Shown piece by piece: positions 39,859 to 50,268 of a stretch of DNA of 64,000 nt. Source of the stretch: Cyanophyceae cyanobacterium (GTDB lineage: Bacteria; Cyanobacteriota; Cyanobacteriia; Cyanobacteriales; Laspinemataceae). The position numbers and the translations under genes are program-made. The stretch's first letter is position 1, and every line of letters starts with the position of its first letter. Where the stretch lies: positions 32,001 through 96,000 of the forward strand of contig JBBQFN010000005.1 of NCBI GenBank assembly GCA_038321985.1. The letters run 5' to 3'. The notes below the pieces were generated by a model. The model was not told the DNA's origin, ran no database searches, and saw nothing but the letters and a program-made list of their open reading frames with translations.

Positions 39859-40125
39859 TTAAGAACTTTCTTGATCATCGATTGCCGGTTCGGTTTTCTT
39901 TTTACTAAATAAAAACCACCACAGTTCTAATCCAATTAAGGTGACCCCTCCTACAATCACTCCGGCTTTTACGGGTAAGGGTTGTTCAATTTTTTGAAAT
40001 CCCTGCGATTGGGATTGTCTGTGCCCTGGCATTTCTGACATAGCTTCTGAGGTAGCAGTCGCGGCACTGGAGGAGACCAGAGCGATCGCAAGTAAGGGTA
40101 TCCAATATTTGGTAATTTTTAACAT
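39859..40125 (-). CDS. Small membrane protein downstream of Cu ATPase
   Basis: Signal peptide, MSEMPGH, FQKIEQPL..LIGLELWWFLFSK. Confidence 0.75.
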   Translation of the reverse strand: MLKITKYWIPLLAIALVSSSAATATSEAMSEMPGHRQSQSQGFQKIEQPLPVKAGVIVGGVTLIGLELWWFLFSKKKTEPAIDDQESS

Positions 40126-40176
40126 GGTTTTAGCCTTTTGTCAAGAGAAAGAAAATTTAATGCTCAATAGTTGCCA

Positions 40177-42438
40177 CTAGGAATGATGGGCGTTAAACTT
40201 GCGTAAGCGCAAGGCATTCGTGACGACGGAAACCGAACTCATTGCCATGGCAGCACCGGCTAGAATGGGATTGAGCAACCATCCGGTAAAGGGATAAAGA
40301 ATTCCAGCGGCGATCGGGATGCTGGCAGTATTGTAAACAAAGGCAAAAAAGAGATTTTGGCGGATATTTTGAATGGTGGCTTTACTCAGCTGAATGGCGG
40401 TGACGATGCTTTGTAAATCCCCAGAAATGAGGGTAATATCACTCGCGGCGATCGCCACATCGGTTCCGGTCCCGATGGCAATTCCAACATCGGCTTGGGC
40501 GAGGGCAGGTGCGTCGTTAATGCCATCTCCCACCATGGCTACAATTTTACCTTCGGCTTGTAATTCTTTAATTTTATCGGCTTTTTGCCCCGGACGGACT
40601 TCCGCAAAAACTCTGTCAATCCCCACTTCTTGAGCGATTGCTTCGGCAGTTTGGCGGTTATCTCCCGTTAGCATCACCACCTCTAATCCCAGGCGGCGTA
40701 ATCCTCGAATGGCAATAGCAGAAGAAGGCTTTAAGGCATCAGCAATTCCAAAGACGCCTTCGATTTGTCCATCTACAGCAATCAAGGGGCTAGTTTTGGC
40801 ATTAGATTCCCAATTTTCTTGATAGGTTTGTAATGCTTTGGTGTCAATGCCTAATTCCTGCATCCATCGGGCTGTACCGATTTGCACCACGCGGCTACTG
40901 ACGATCGCCTGAACTCCCCTGCCTGGGATGGCTTCAAAATTAGTAACCGCTGGAAATGGAGTTTCTACCCCTTGCACTTTGGCATACTCTACCACCGCTT
41001 CCGCCAACGGATGCTCAGAATTAATTTCTACGGCTGCGGCTAATCGTAATAGTTTAATCTCATTACTATGAGCAGTTCCCCCAACGGTAACATAATCAGT
41101 TACCGTGGGTTTACCTTGGGTCAATGTGCCGGTTTTATCTAAGACAATGGTTTGGATTTTATGGGCGAGTTCTAAACTATCGGCACTTTTGATTAAAATG
41201 CCATATTCAGCCCCTTTCCCCGTGCCTACCATAATTGAAGTTGGCGTTGCTAAACCTAACGCACAAGGACAGGCAATAATTAACACCCCAACGGTAGTAA
41301 TAATGGCGAGGGTAAGATTTCCCATGATGGCAAACCAGATCATAAAGGTGACGATCGCAATGGCAATTACCACCGGCACAAAGAATCCCGTCACGCGATC
41401 GGCTAACCGTTGAATTGGTGCTTTACTCCCCTGAGCATCTTGCACCAACTGGACAATTTGTGCTAACACGGTATCCTTACCAACTCGCAACGCTTTAAAC
41501 TTAAAACTCCCCGTTTTATTCATCGTCGCGCCAATTACTTCATCCCCGGTTTCTTTCTTCACCGGAACCGATTCTCCCGTCACCATTGACTCATCAATTA
41601 AAGAAGAACCCTCTAAAACCGTCCCATCCACCGGAATTTTTTCACCGGGACGAACTAAAATCACATCCCCAACCCCTACCTCTTGGATTGGAATATCAAC
41701 TTCTTGACCCTGGCGAATCACCCGTGCTGTTTTCGCCTGTAATCCCATTAATTTTCTAATCGCTTCTGAAGTTTGACCTTTGGCTCTATTTTCAAACAAT
41801 AAGCCTAGCAAAATTAGGGTAATAACTACCGCAGTGATTTCATAGTAAACTTCAGAATTTACCCCCGGAACAGTAAACAACCCTGGAAAAATTGAAACGA
41901 CTAGCGAATACAAATAAGCAGAACCCGTTCCCAATGCTACCAGAGTATTCATGTCAGCATGATGATGTTTAAAAGATTTCCATGCCCCTACAAAAAAAGA
42001 TTTTCCACACCAGATAAAAACAGGGGTTGTTAGCACAAATTGCACCCAAGGATGATGCAACCAATCGGGAATAAAGGGCCAAGCAATCCCCGTCATCATG
42101 GGGAGGGAACCAATCACCAAAATGGTGCTAATAATTCCCCCAAAAATCACTTTGCGTTGTAATTCTTGTTGTTCCGCTTGTCGGGATTGTTGTTCCGCAT
42201 CAATGTCTCGCATCCCCAATTCTTGCAGGGGTTCGGCAGTATATCCGGCATCAGATACAGCAGTTTGGATGCGATCGAGTTCCGTTTTTCGCGGATTATA
42301 CTTCACGCGCGCTTGTTCCGCGCTAAAGTTGACGATGCATTCTTCCACACCGGGAACGCCTTGGATTGCTTGTTCAATCTGGGTTGCACAGGAGGCACAA
42401 CCCATCCCTTTTAATCGCAAATTGACGGTTTCCATCAT
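40177..42438 (-). CDS. pacS: Copper-translocating P1B-type ATPase (PacS/CopA)
   Basis: [44 protein letters not shown] and MAMSS. Confidence 0.93.
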   Translation of the reverse strand: MMETVNLRLKGMGCASCATQIEQAIQGVPGVEECIVNFSAEQARVKYNPRKTELDRIQTAVSDAGYTAEPLQELGMRDIDAEQQSRQAEQQELQRKVIFGGIISTILVIGSLPMMTGIAWPFIPDWLHHPWVQFVLTTPVFIWCGKSFFVGAWKSFKHHHADMNTLVALGTGSAYLYSLVVSIFPGLFTVPGVNSEVYYEITAVVITLILLGLLFENRAKGQTSEAIRKLMGLQAKTARVIRQGQEVDIPIQEVGVGDVILVRPGEKIPVDGTVLEGSSLIDESMVTGESVPVKKETGDEVIGATMNKTGSFKFKALRVGKDTVLAQIVQLVQDAQGSKAPIQRLADRVTGFFVPVVIAIAIVTFMIWFAIMGNLTLAIITTVGVLIIACPCALGLATPTSIMVGTGKGAEYGILIKSADSLELAHKIQTIVLDKTGTLTQGKPTVTDYVTVGGTAHSNEIKLLRLAAAVEINSEHPLAEAVVEYAKVQGVETPFPAVTNFEAIPGRGVQAIVSSRVVQIGTARWMQELGIDTKALQTYQENWESNAKTSPLIAVDGQIEGVFGIADALKPSSAIAIRGLRRLGLEVVMLTGDNRQTAEAIAQEVGIDRVFAEVRPGQKADKIKELQAEGKIVAMVGDGINDAPALAQADVGIAIGTGTDVAIAASDITLISGDLQSIVTAIQLSKATIQNIRQNLFFAFVYNTASIPIAAGILYPFTGWLLNPILAGAAMAMSSVSVVTNALRLRKFNAHHS

Positions 42439-42481
42439 TCAAACTCTCTCGTTACAAGGGTTGTTAGCAGTTGCTGAGTTC

Positions 42482-42513
42482 AGCATAAACCTTCCCCCAC
42501 ACTGGAGAGTCTA
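42482..42513 (-). promoter_or_regulatory. MerR/CueR-type metal-responsive promoter of Cu ATPase
   Basis: Minus strand -35 TAGACT, 20-nt spacer, -10 TATGCT; imperfect dyad ACCTTCC-N8-GGAGAGT at 42489-42510. Confidence 0.7.
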
Positions 42514-42544
42514 CCCCTTTTAACAAAACTTCACATTTTACCCG

Positions 42545-42721
42545 TCTTAAGTTCGTAGTAACGACTGAAGTCGTTCCATCTTAAGTTCGTAGTAACGACT
42601 TGCTGTCGTTCTCTCTTAAGTTCGTAGTAACGACTTGCTGTCGTTCCCTCTTAAGTTCGTAGTAACGACTTGCTGTCGTTCCCTCTTAAGTTCGTAGTAA
42701 CGACTTCAGTCGTTCTCTTAA
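42545..42721 (+). repeat. Spacerless tandem array of five 32-35-bp REP-like units
   Basis: TCTTAAGTTCGTAGTAACGAC(TGAA/TTGCT/TTCA)GTCGTT units starting at 42545, 42579, 42614, 42649, 42684. Confidence 0.95.
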
Positions 42722-42836
42722 TAGTCTTAAGTCCCACCGCAAGGGTTAGAAACCAGGTTTCTTTCAAAAAATGGGGCTAATTTCTACAAGTTATTTCAGA
42801 AACCCAGTTTCTTGTCCCTCACTAAAACAAAGATTG

Positions 42837-43901
42837 CTACCGATCCCAATCGGCAACTTCATAGAGAAACTTCGTACCCCCCAGCAATTTGCGATTATAA
42901 GAGGTACTTTGAACAAAAACGAGATACTCCTCTAAATTAGCCGGTTTAATTCGTACCGTTTCCCCCGGCGGTAATCCTAACATCTCCCGAGCCGAATCTC
43001 CTTCAAACAAATCTCCCGTCGCCCGATTCATCAAAATAATTTCTTTCTTCCCTTGGATCGTTTCAGTTTTTGTGAACTCATAAAACCCGCGACCCCGTTC
43101 AAAAGTTAGACCATTTTCAATCACAAAATCTTTAATTGCACCGTTTTTATCAATATCTAACACTTGAAATCGCCCCGGAATCACCGCGCGTAAGTCTGCC
43201 GATTCATGATAAAATTTTCCCTCCCGATTGAGCAGGGTATTAAACATTTTATTTAACCCGCGACTCATTCGACCCTGTTCCGTGACTTCAGCTTCATATG
43301 CTTGCAGTTGGTCATCGGAGGATTGCTGATAACAAACCGCTAAAAATAGATCAGTAATATAGGCAAACTGGTCTAAATTGATATGAAATCCCCCGGATTT
43401 TTCCGCCAGTTCTTTATAGAAAAGCGTGGCATGGGAACGATTGAGGGCTTGCACACCGTAAACGGGAATTGCCATCTCCGCTAATTTATCAACTTCCTTG
43501 CGCCAGTTCAGCTTTTGAGGATTTTGAGCCGGTGCATGGGGAATATCATCCCCAATTAAAACTAGGGATTTGTTACTTGCTGGACTCCAGGATAAAGATT
43601 GAGCTTCATGCAAGACTAATTCATAACATTCCGGTGCATCTCCCCCTCCGGTTGCTTCGACATTTTGCACAAAGTCACAAATTTTATCCGCATCTCCCGA
43701 TAAGTCTAAGTGCTTTGTAACGTAGGTTTTTCCGGCGTCGCAGTAGTCACCGTGGGCAATGATTCCAATGCGAATACCGGGGATTTCATCCAGTAATCGA
43801 GTGATGCTTTGTTTGAGGTTACGCCGGACTTGGGTGAGGCAAGGGTACATACTCCCCGTGGTGTCAAAACTAAAAACAATATCAAGGGTTTTAACGCTCA
43901 T
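42837..43901 (-). CDS. vWA domain protein with uncharacterised C-terminal domain
   Basis: MIDAS DTTGSM, GGGDAPECYE, LVLIGDDIPH; GAGGAG RBS. Confidence 0.88.
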   Translation of the reverse strand: MSVKTLDIVFSFDTTGSMYPCLTQVRRNLKQSITRLLDEIPGIRIGIIAHGDYCDAGKTYVTKHLDLSGDADKICDFVQNVEATGGGDAPECYELVLHEAQSLSWSPASNKSLVLIGDDIPHAPAQNPQKLNWRKEVDKLAEMAIPVYGVQALNRSHATLFYKELAEKSGGFHINLDQFAYITDLFLAVCYQQSSDDQLQAYEAEVTEQGRMSRGLNKMFNTLLNREGKFYHESADLRAVIPGRFQVLDIDKNGAIKDFVIENGLTFERGRGFYEFTKTETIQGKKEIILMNRATGDLFEGDSAREMLGLPPGETVRIKPANLEEYLVFVQSTSYNRKLLGGTKFLYEVADWDR

Positions 43902-44032
43902 TCGGCTATCTCCTCTAATCGTTAATTTGAGAGATTTTCTGTTTTGTATTGATAGTTTCCCTAGGGATTCGGTTCCGGGTAAGGACCCGCCAGGGCTGTC
44001 TCTTTACCCGGTTTCTACGCCCTTATAGACTC

Positions 44033-44061
44033 ATTATATCTGGTGTTGATGTTTTTGTCAG
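44033..44061 (-). promoter_or_regulatory. Sigma70-type promoter of vWA gene
   Basis: Minus strand CTGACA-N17-TATAAT. Confidence 0.6.
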
Positions 44062-44190
44062 CATTTTCAAATTCCTGAGATGTACTGCCGGCAATTAGCA
44101 CAATAAATGCCGGATTTAAAAATATAAATCTGGCTGATTTTTAGGGGTTAGGCCAATGCTTTTCCTATCCTCTCCTAAAGAAAAATCCGC

Positions 44191-44670
44191 CTACTGGAGG
44201 AGGGCGCGAATAATGGCACTGAGGATCCAAATGCTAACGCCAACGATCGCCAGTACAGCAACCATTAACCCCACCAATAACAGCACAATAAACAGCGTGT
44301 TGGCTTTTCTTTCTGAAGTGGGAGCATCTAAGTGAGTTTCCAACAGTTCCATATTGCGGACATTTGCTTTCCAGGCAGCGTCAAACACATCTCCAACGAT
44401 GGGAACTGTCCCTACCAGTGTTTCTAAGAGAATGTTGGAAACCATTTGCACTAAACTTTTGCGCGGGACTCCTAGCTGGGCAGCGCTGAATATAATGTAA
44501 GCCGACAAAAGAGCACCGGCAATGTCCCCCCCTGCTGGGATGAGTCCGAGGAGGGGGTCAAGTCCAAAGCGGATGGGGGTTCCGGGAATGCGAATTGCGT
44601 TGTCAAGGAGATGACTAAGGTTACGGAGGCGTTTGAGGGTCTTAAGTTTAGAGTCGGTTGATGTAATCAT
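44191..44670 (-). CDS. DUF4112 family membrane protein
   Basis: LLDNAIRIPG..FGLDPLLGLIP, VPIVGDVFD..WKANVRN; ATG at 44670. Confidence 0.88.
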   Translation of the reverse strand: MITSTDSKLKTLKRLRNLSHLLDNAIRIPGTPIRFGLDPLLGLIPAGGDIAGALLSAYIIFSAAQLGVPRKSLVQMVSNILLETLVGTVPIVGDVFDAAWKANVRNMELLETHLDAPTSERKANTLFIVLLLVGLMVAVLAIVGVSIWILSAIIRALLQ

Positions 44671-44965
44671 GGGGGAGGATAAATAGGGGTTGAGAACTGA
44701 TTTTTCAATTATGACGGAAGAAAGGGGCAACTGAGTTGCGCGATCGCCCCCTAGGAAGAAATTTCCCCCGGTTAGAGGTAAGGCAACTGCGCCTATTTTG
44801 TATAGAAATAGAGGGGGTTATGGTTAACCTAGCGGGATGAAAAGAAGAAAAGCGATCGCCTAACGCCATAGAATCACCCTCCCGGTAGATTACAACGATA
44901 GGGGGTATTTTGTTATCCTCCAGGTGGTTAGTTAACCGATATAAACCCTGATAAGGAAACACAAA

Positions 44966-45733
44966 ATGCCTGAAGACTATAAAGCACAACGCACGGTTTC
45001 TGCCATCTTTCAAGAACAACAGCAAATCGATAGCGCCATCCGCCGTCTACTGGATCGCGGTATTCCCCAAGACCATATTTCAGTCATGGGAAAAAACTTT
45101 CAATCCAATACTCGCATCACCGGATTTATTACTAAAAAAGATGTGATTTTGGGAGGATTACGAAGCGGCGCGATTTTCGGGTCTTTGTTTGGTTCATTTT
45201 TAAGTTTGCTAACCGGAGTCGGTGTCTTATTTATCCCCTTTCTGGGTCCCGTGGTTGCCGCTGGACCTCTAAGTGCGGTGTTATTAGGGGCAGCATCTGG
45301 GGCGATCGCCGGAAGCGCAGGGGCCGGGTTAGTTTCCGTCTTTGTTGCCTTGGGAATGCCGGAAGAAAAAGCCGCCATTTATCAAACGCGCTTGGAAGCT
45401 GGGGAATTTCTAGTGATGGCAGAGGTTCCGGAAGAGAAATCCGGTGAAATTCAACTTCTTCTTGAAAGTGTCGGAGGACAAGAAATTGCCACTAATAGCA
45501 TGACTTTACCTCGCCCTTGCCCCGGGTCCTGCAACGGTCCAGAAGATTTATCTCCCGAAATTCGCACTCATTTATCCCCGGAGGCACAGCAAACCTTTAT
45601 CCAACAGTATAATACTGGAATCGCACAAAACCAGGATTCTCTGAAAGCTGAACACTCGGCATGGGAAGCGATTCATCAGCAGTACGAAGAAGATGAAAAT
45701 GGGGTATGGTCTAAATCTAAGATTTCAGTCTAG
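44966..45733 (+). CDS. General stress protein-like Gly-rich membrane domain fused to C-terminal ChaB domain
   Basis: [12 protein letters not shown]ly-zipper region; [25 protein letters not shown]...W ChaB pattern. Confidence 0.82.
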   Translation: MPEDYKAQRTVSAIFQEQQQIDSAIRRLLDRGIPQDHISVMGKNFQSNTRITGFITKKDVILGGLRSGAIFGSLFGSFLSLLTGVGVLFIPFLGPVVAAGPLSAVLLGAASGAIAGSAGAGLVSVFVALGMPEEKAAIYQTRLEAGEFLVMAEVPEEKSGEIQLLLESVGGQEIATNSMTLPRPCPGSCNGPEDLSPEIRTHLSPEAQQTFIQQYNTGIAQNQDSLKAEHSAWEAIHQQYEEDENGVWSKSKISV

Positions 45734-45994
45734 GGGAAAGCTACAAGTTAGAACCGGGTTTTATTGACAATACCTTTACCCATTTGCACTCAATTAGGGT
45801 TACAGATTCGGTTTTTTATTCCCTTGATTTAATACCCAAACGGAAACTCTAGGGGCGCACAATGGTGCGCCCTTGGTCATCATCCATAGATGAAGTGAGG
45901 GGAAAGGGTTTCTTAAATTTTTGTAAGGAATAGGGAGAAATAGTGATTTACATGATTTAATAAGATTAACTCCCTCTCTAAAAATAGGATAAAC

Positions 45995-46159
45995 ATGAAA
46001 AAATATAGCTGTACCATCTGTAATTATGTGTATGACCCCGCCGAGGGAGACCCGGAGTCGGGGATAGCACCGGAAACCGCGTTTGAAGATATCCCCGAGG
46101 ATTGGGTTTGTCCCATCTGCGGCGCATCCAAAGCAGATTTTGAAGAAATGATGGACTAA
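45995..46159 (+). CDS. Rubredoxin (not in ORF track)
   Basis: Hand translation [54 protein letters not shown]. Confidence 0.96.
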   Translation: MKKYSCTICNYVYDPAEGDPESGIAPETAFEDIPEDWVCPICGASKADFEEMMD

Positions 46160-46182
46160 ATTAAGAGGGTTTTTTCGGGTTG

Positions 46183-47058
46183 ATGAAAAAAATTTTAATT
46201 ACGGGGTCTAGTGGTTTTTTAGGCTGGAATCTTTGTCAGCTTGCTCAATCCGACTGGCAGGTATTTGGCACTTATTGCTCTCATGAAATTACTATTCCGG
46301 GTTGTCAGCTAGTTTCGGTTAATTTAACCGATTTTCAGGCCCTTAAACAGTTATTGGATGAAATTGGACCCGATGCAGTGATTCATACGGCGGCCCAATC
46401 TCAGCCAAATATTTGTCAAAATTATCCCCAGGAATCTTATCAGATTAATGTGAAAGTTTCGAGTGATTTGGCTGGGTTGTGTGCAGATGCTGAGATTCCC
46501 TGCGTTTTTACCTCTACAGATTTAGTGTTTGATGGGTTAAATCCGCCTTACGCGGAAACCCATGCGGTTTGTCCAGTTAGTCTGTATGGAGAACAAAAGG
46601 TTCAGGCAGAGATAGAAATGCGCGATCGCAATCCTCAAACGATTATTTGTCGAATGCCGTTAATGTTTGGAGAGGGAGGACCCGCCGCCCAAAGTTTCCT
46701 GCAACCCATGTTACAGACCTTGCGATCGGGACAAGAATTAGCCTTATTTACCGATGAATTTCGCACGCCGGTGAGTGGAAAAACAGCGGCCCAGGGTTTA
46801 TTATTGGCCTTGGAAAGAGGTGCGGGTTTGCTGCATTTGGGAGGGAAAGAGCGGGTTTCGCGCTACGAGTTTTTTGAGCAAGTCATTGAGGTGTTAGAGG
46901 TGAGGGAGGGGAAGATTAAAAAATGTCGGCAACAAGATGTAAAAATGTCGGCCCCGAGACCCCCGGATGTGTCGTTAGATAGTTCCAAAGCGTTTAGTTT
47001 GGGGTACAGTCCGTTACCATTGCGGGAACAAGTAGCCGAGTTATTGGGACGGGTTTGA
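46183..47058 (+). CDS. RmlD-like SDR family oxidoreductase
   Basis: ITGSSGFLG, VIHTAA, STDLVFDG, YGEQK, FTDEFRTP. Confidence 0.9.
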   Translation: MKKILITGSSGFLGWNLCQLAQSDWQVFGTYCSHEITIPGCQLVSVNLTDFQALKQLLDEIGPDAVIHTAAQSQPNICQNYPQESYQINVKVSSDLAGLCADAEIPCVFTSTDLVFDGLNPPYAETHAVCPVSLYGEQKVQAEIEMRDRNPQTIICRMPLMFGEGGPAAQSFLQPMLQTLRSGQELALFTDEFRTPVSGKTAAQGLLLALERGAGLLHLGGKERVSRYEFFEQVIEVLEVREGKIKKCRQQDVKMSAPRPPDVSLDSSKAFSLGYSPLPLREQVAELLGRV

Positions 47059-47309
47059 GGGGGTTAGTTTGGGTTCAGAGATAGGACTAGAAACCGGGTT
47101 TCTTGCGGAGTTTTTTGCTAATTATTAGAATTTTTGGGAAAAATCTGGTTTCTAATCTCTGGGTGAACCCTACCCTAACCCCCGCTAACGCACAGGGGAG
47201 GGGACGGAAGAGTTTGGGGTTTATGCCGTGGAAACCTTACCTAAATTTTGGTATGCTTTCGTGAACCTCTGGAAAAAGAGGAAAGACTGTGGCACAATAG
47301 AATTTTTTA

Positions 47310-48596
47310 ATGGGAATGCAAGGAATTAAGGACGCGGGCGATCGCCCTTTGAAGGTGGTTGTAATTGGTGGGGGTGCGGCGGGCTTCTTTGGGGCGATTA
47401 ATTGCGCTCAAACCCATACTCAGGCTCAGGTTACACTTTTAGAGGCGGGGCGGCAACCCCTAGCCAAGGTAAAAATTTCTGGGGGGGGACGATGCAATGT
47501 GACTCATGCTTGTTTCGACCCTGGTATTTTGGTGAACCATTATCCCCGAGGAGGTAAGGCGCTGCGGGGGGCATTTTCCCGTTTTCAAGCGCGGGATACG
47601 GTGACTTGGTTTGAAAGTCGGGGGGTGAAGCTGAAAACGGAGGAAGATGGGCGAATGTTCCCCACTACCGATGATTCGGAGACGATTATTCAATGTCTAA
47701 TGCAGCAGGTGAGAGAATCGGGGGTGAGACTTAGAACCGGGGTATCGGTGATGGGGGTGAATCGTCAGTCGCCCTCGGGGAGTGAGAAGGCAGGTAAATT
47801 TGAGATTGTCTTTAAGTCGGGGGAAATTTTGGAGTGCGATCGCCTGATGTTGGCAACGGGTAGCAATCCCCTTGGGTATAAAATTGTGCGATCGCTAGGA
47901 CATACCATCGAACCACCCGTTCCTTCTCTGTTTACCTTTAATGTGACTGACCCTCGCCTCCAAGATTTGGCTGGGGTTGCAGTTAAAATAGCGCGAGTTC
48001 AATTACGGGATGCTAAATTAACCCAAACTGGGCCTGTCTTAATCACTCATTGGGGTCTGAGTGGTCCGGCAATTCTGAAACTCTCAGCATGGGGTGCAAG
48101 ATATTTATATGACCATAAGTATCGCGCTACTTTAACCATTGATTGGTTACCCCAGTATAACCCGGAAGTGTTGCGGGAACAGTTACAGGCGGTTAAATCT
48201 CAGTTACCGCGAAAGGCAGTCGCCACGAGTTGTCCGTTTCCAATTCCCCGGCGTTTATGGGAACGCTTGTTAGAATCAACGGGAATTAATATGGAAACTC
48301 GATGGGCGGAAATTTCTAAAAAATCCATCAATCAGTTAGTAGAAGAACTGACCCGAGGAGAGTATCAAATCACCGGCAAAGGTGTATTTAAAGAGGAATT
48401 TGTCACCTGTGGCGGGGTGCGACTTAAAGAGGTGAATTTTAAGACGATGGAAAGTCGCTGTAGTCCGGGTTTATATTTTGCCGGAGAAATTTTAGATATT
48501 GATGGGGTAACGGGAGGGTTTAATTTTCAAAGTGCCTGGACGACAAGCTGGTTGGCGGCACAGTCTATGGGAATTCCCGGGGAAAGAAAGTCATAA
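47310..48596 (+). CDS. HI0933/BaiN family flavoprotein
   Basis: IGGGAAG, KISGGGRCNVT, THWGLSGP, VTCGGV, GEILDIDGVTGGFNFQ. Confidence 0.94.
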   Translation: MGMQGIKDAGDRPLKVVVIGGGAAGFFGAINCAQTHTQAQVTLLEAGRQPLAKVKISGGGRCNVTHACFDPGILVNHYPRGGKALRGAFSRFQARDTVTWFESRGVKLKTEEDGRMFPTTDDSETIIQCLMQQVRESGVRLRTGVSVMGVNRQSPSGSEKAGKFEIVFKSGEILECDRLMLATGSNPLGYKIVRSLGHTIEPPVPSLFTFNVTDPRLQDLAGVAVKIARVQLRDAKLTQTGPVLITHWGLSGPAILKLSAWGARYLYDHKYRATLTIDWLPQYNPEVLREQLQAVKSQLPRKAVATSCPFPIPRRLWERLLESTGINMETRWAEISKKSINQLVEELTRGEYQITGKGVFKEEFVTCGGVRLKEVNFKTMESRCSPGLYFAGEILDIDGVTGGFNFQSAWTTSWLAAQSMGIPGERKS

Positions 48597-48637
48597 TAAA
48601 AGTCTGGTGATGATATCATAGACTAAGCGGAAAGGAG

Positions 48638-49774
48638 TTGCTGATGAGACAGCAAAAAGATATTTTTGTGTTCTTAGAAATCTTTTCCGGTGAGGGAGGG
48701 ATTCAATCTTACGTGAAAGATATTTTGACCGCTTATGGGGATTTAGCCTCAAATCACCAGAGAGGAGCCCAGGTGTTGCTGTTGCGGGATGGCCTCGACT
48801 GTGAGAATCCCTTTGAGGGCAATCCGGCGTTTCGATTTCACTATCTTAAAACCCTGCCGCCTATGTGGGGACGGGTCCGGTTGGCTGTTACTCTCCTGAA
48901 TCAACTAATATTACATCGTCCGAGGCGGGTGTTTTGTGGTCATATTAATTTAGCACCCTTGATACAAGCCCTCTGTCAACCGTTAGGGATTCCCTATACA
49001 GTTTTGACCTATGGCAAAGAAGTGTGGGAACCGCTGCCGGGGATGGCACAAAAAGCCCTGCAAACAGCTAACCGCATCTGGACGATTAGCCGATACAGTC
49101 GCGATCGCACTTGTGAGGGCAATGGATTACAACCCCATCAGTTTGATTTACTCCCTTGTGCGGTGGATGCGGAACAATTTACTCCCGGTCCTCAACCCCC
49201 GGAGTTAGTTGAACGCTATGGATTAGCTGGGTTTAAGGTGTTGATGACTGTGGCGCGACTGTGGTCCGGAGATATCTATAAGGGGGTGGATGTGACCATT
49301 CGATCGTTACCATATATAGCACAAAAGATTCCCGATGTCAAGTATCTAGTGATTGGTCGCGGGGACGACCGCCCAAGGTTGGAGGCACTCGCCCAGGAGT
49401 TGGGGGTGAGCGATCGCGTGGTGTTTGCCGGGTTTGTGCCAACTGCTGAGTTAAACGCTCACTATCGCGTGGCAGATGCCTATATTATGCCCTCTCAAGA
49501 GGGATTTGGGATTGTGTATTTAGAGGCAATGGCTTGCGGAAAACCGGTCCTCTCCGGAGATGCCGATGGATCTGCCGACCCGTTGCAAGATGGCAAACTC
49601 GGCTGGCAAGTGCCACACCGGGACCCCCAGGCCGTTGCCGCCGCCTGCATTGAAATGTTGAGGGGAGAGGACCGACGCTGTGATGGGAATTGGTTGCGGC
49701 AGGAAACTTTAGGGGAGTTTGGTACGGATGCCTTTACCGCGCGGGTCAAACAACTGATAGAGTTTTCTGAGTAG
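48638..49774 (+). CDS. Glycosyltransferase family 4
   Basis: GGIQSY, YKGVD, EGFGIVYLEAMACGKPV. Confidence 0.93.
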   Translation: MLMRQQKDIFVFLEIFSGEGGIQSYVKDILTAYGDLASNHQRGAQVLLLRDGLDCENPFEGNPAFRFHYLKTLPPMWGRVRLAVTLLNQLILHRPRRVFCGHINLAPLIQALCQPLGIPYTVLTYGKEVWEPLPGMAQKALQTANRIWTISRYSRDRTCEGNGLQPHQFDLLPCAVDAEQFTPGPQPPELVERYGLAGFKVLMTVARLWSGDIYKGVDVTIRSLPYIAQKIPDVKYLVIGRGDDRPRLEALAQELGVSDRVVFAGFVPTAELNAHYRVADAYIMPSQEGFGIVYLEAMACGKPVLSGDADGSADPLQDGKLGWQVPHRDPQAVAAACIEMLRGEDRRCDGNWLRQETLGEFGTDAFTARVKQLIEFSE

Positions 49775-49810
49775 GATAGAGGTATTGACGATTTTCTGTG
49801 GGAGTCAATT

Positions 49811-50197
49811 GTGAATCAAAACAGTTACAAATCCTTGCTGTTGACCCTATCGGGCCTCAGTCGGTGGCTGATGCCGGTGTTTATCGTGTGGCTGCTAATT
49901 TCCATCGGGTTGGGATGGGTGGTGAAGTCGATTTTAATCCTGATCGTGGCAATTGCGGTCCTGCCGGTGGTGGGCTTTTTTGGCTTGCGCTGGTGGCTGA
50001 GTCGGAACCTGATTGTTGATCACTGTCCGGTGTGCAGTTATGAACTCACCGGATTGAATCAGACCCAATTTCAATGTCCCAGTTGCGGGGAACCCCTGAT
50101 GGGTGAACAGGATCACTTCGTCCGGTTGACGCCACCGGGGACGATCGATATTGATGCGATCGATGTCTCCGCTAGGGCGATTGAGGAGTCCAGGTGA
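49811..50197 (+). CDS. Membrane protein with C-terminal zinc ribbon
   Basis: Two TM segments, CPVC..CPSCGEPL, GTIDIDA. Confidence 0.8.
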   Translation: MNQNSYKSLLLTLSGLSRWLMPVFIVWLLISIGLGWVVKSILILIVAIAVLPVVGFFGLRWWLSRNLIVDHCPVCSYELTGLNQTQFQCPSCGEPLMGEQDHFVRLTPPGTIDIDAIDVSARAIEESR

Positions 50198-50268
50198 AGG
50201 GTGTTATCAGGGTTGAGGGTGGAGAATGGACTACCCTCAACGGCGATCGCATTCCGTGGGGACATTGA

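Noticed and set aside
42545..42721. CRISPR array
   Set aside because: Units abut with only ~3 variable nt, there are no unique spacers or cas genes, and the same motif is dispersed as REPs
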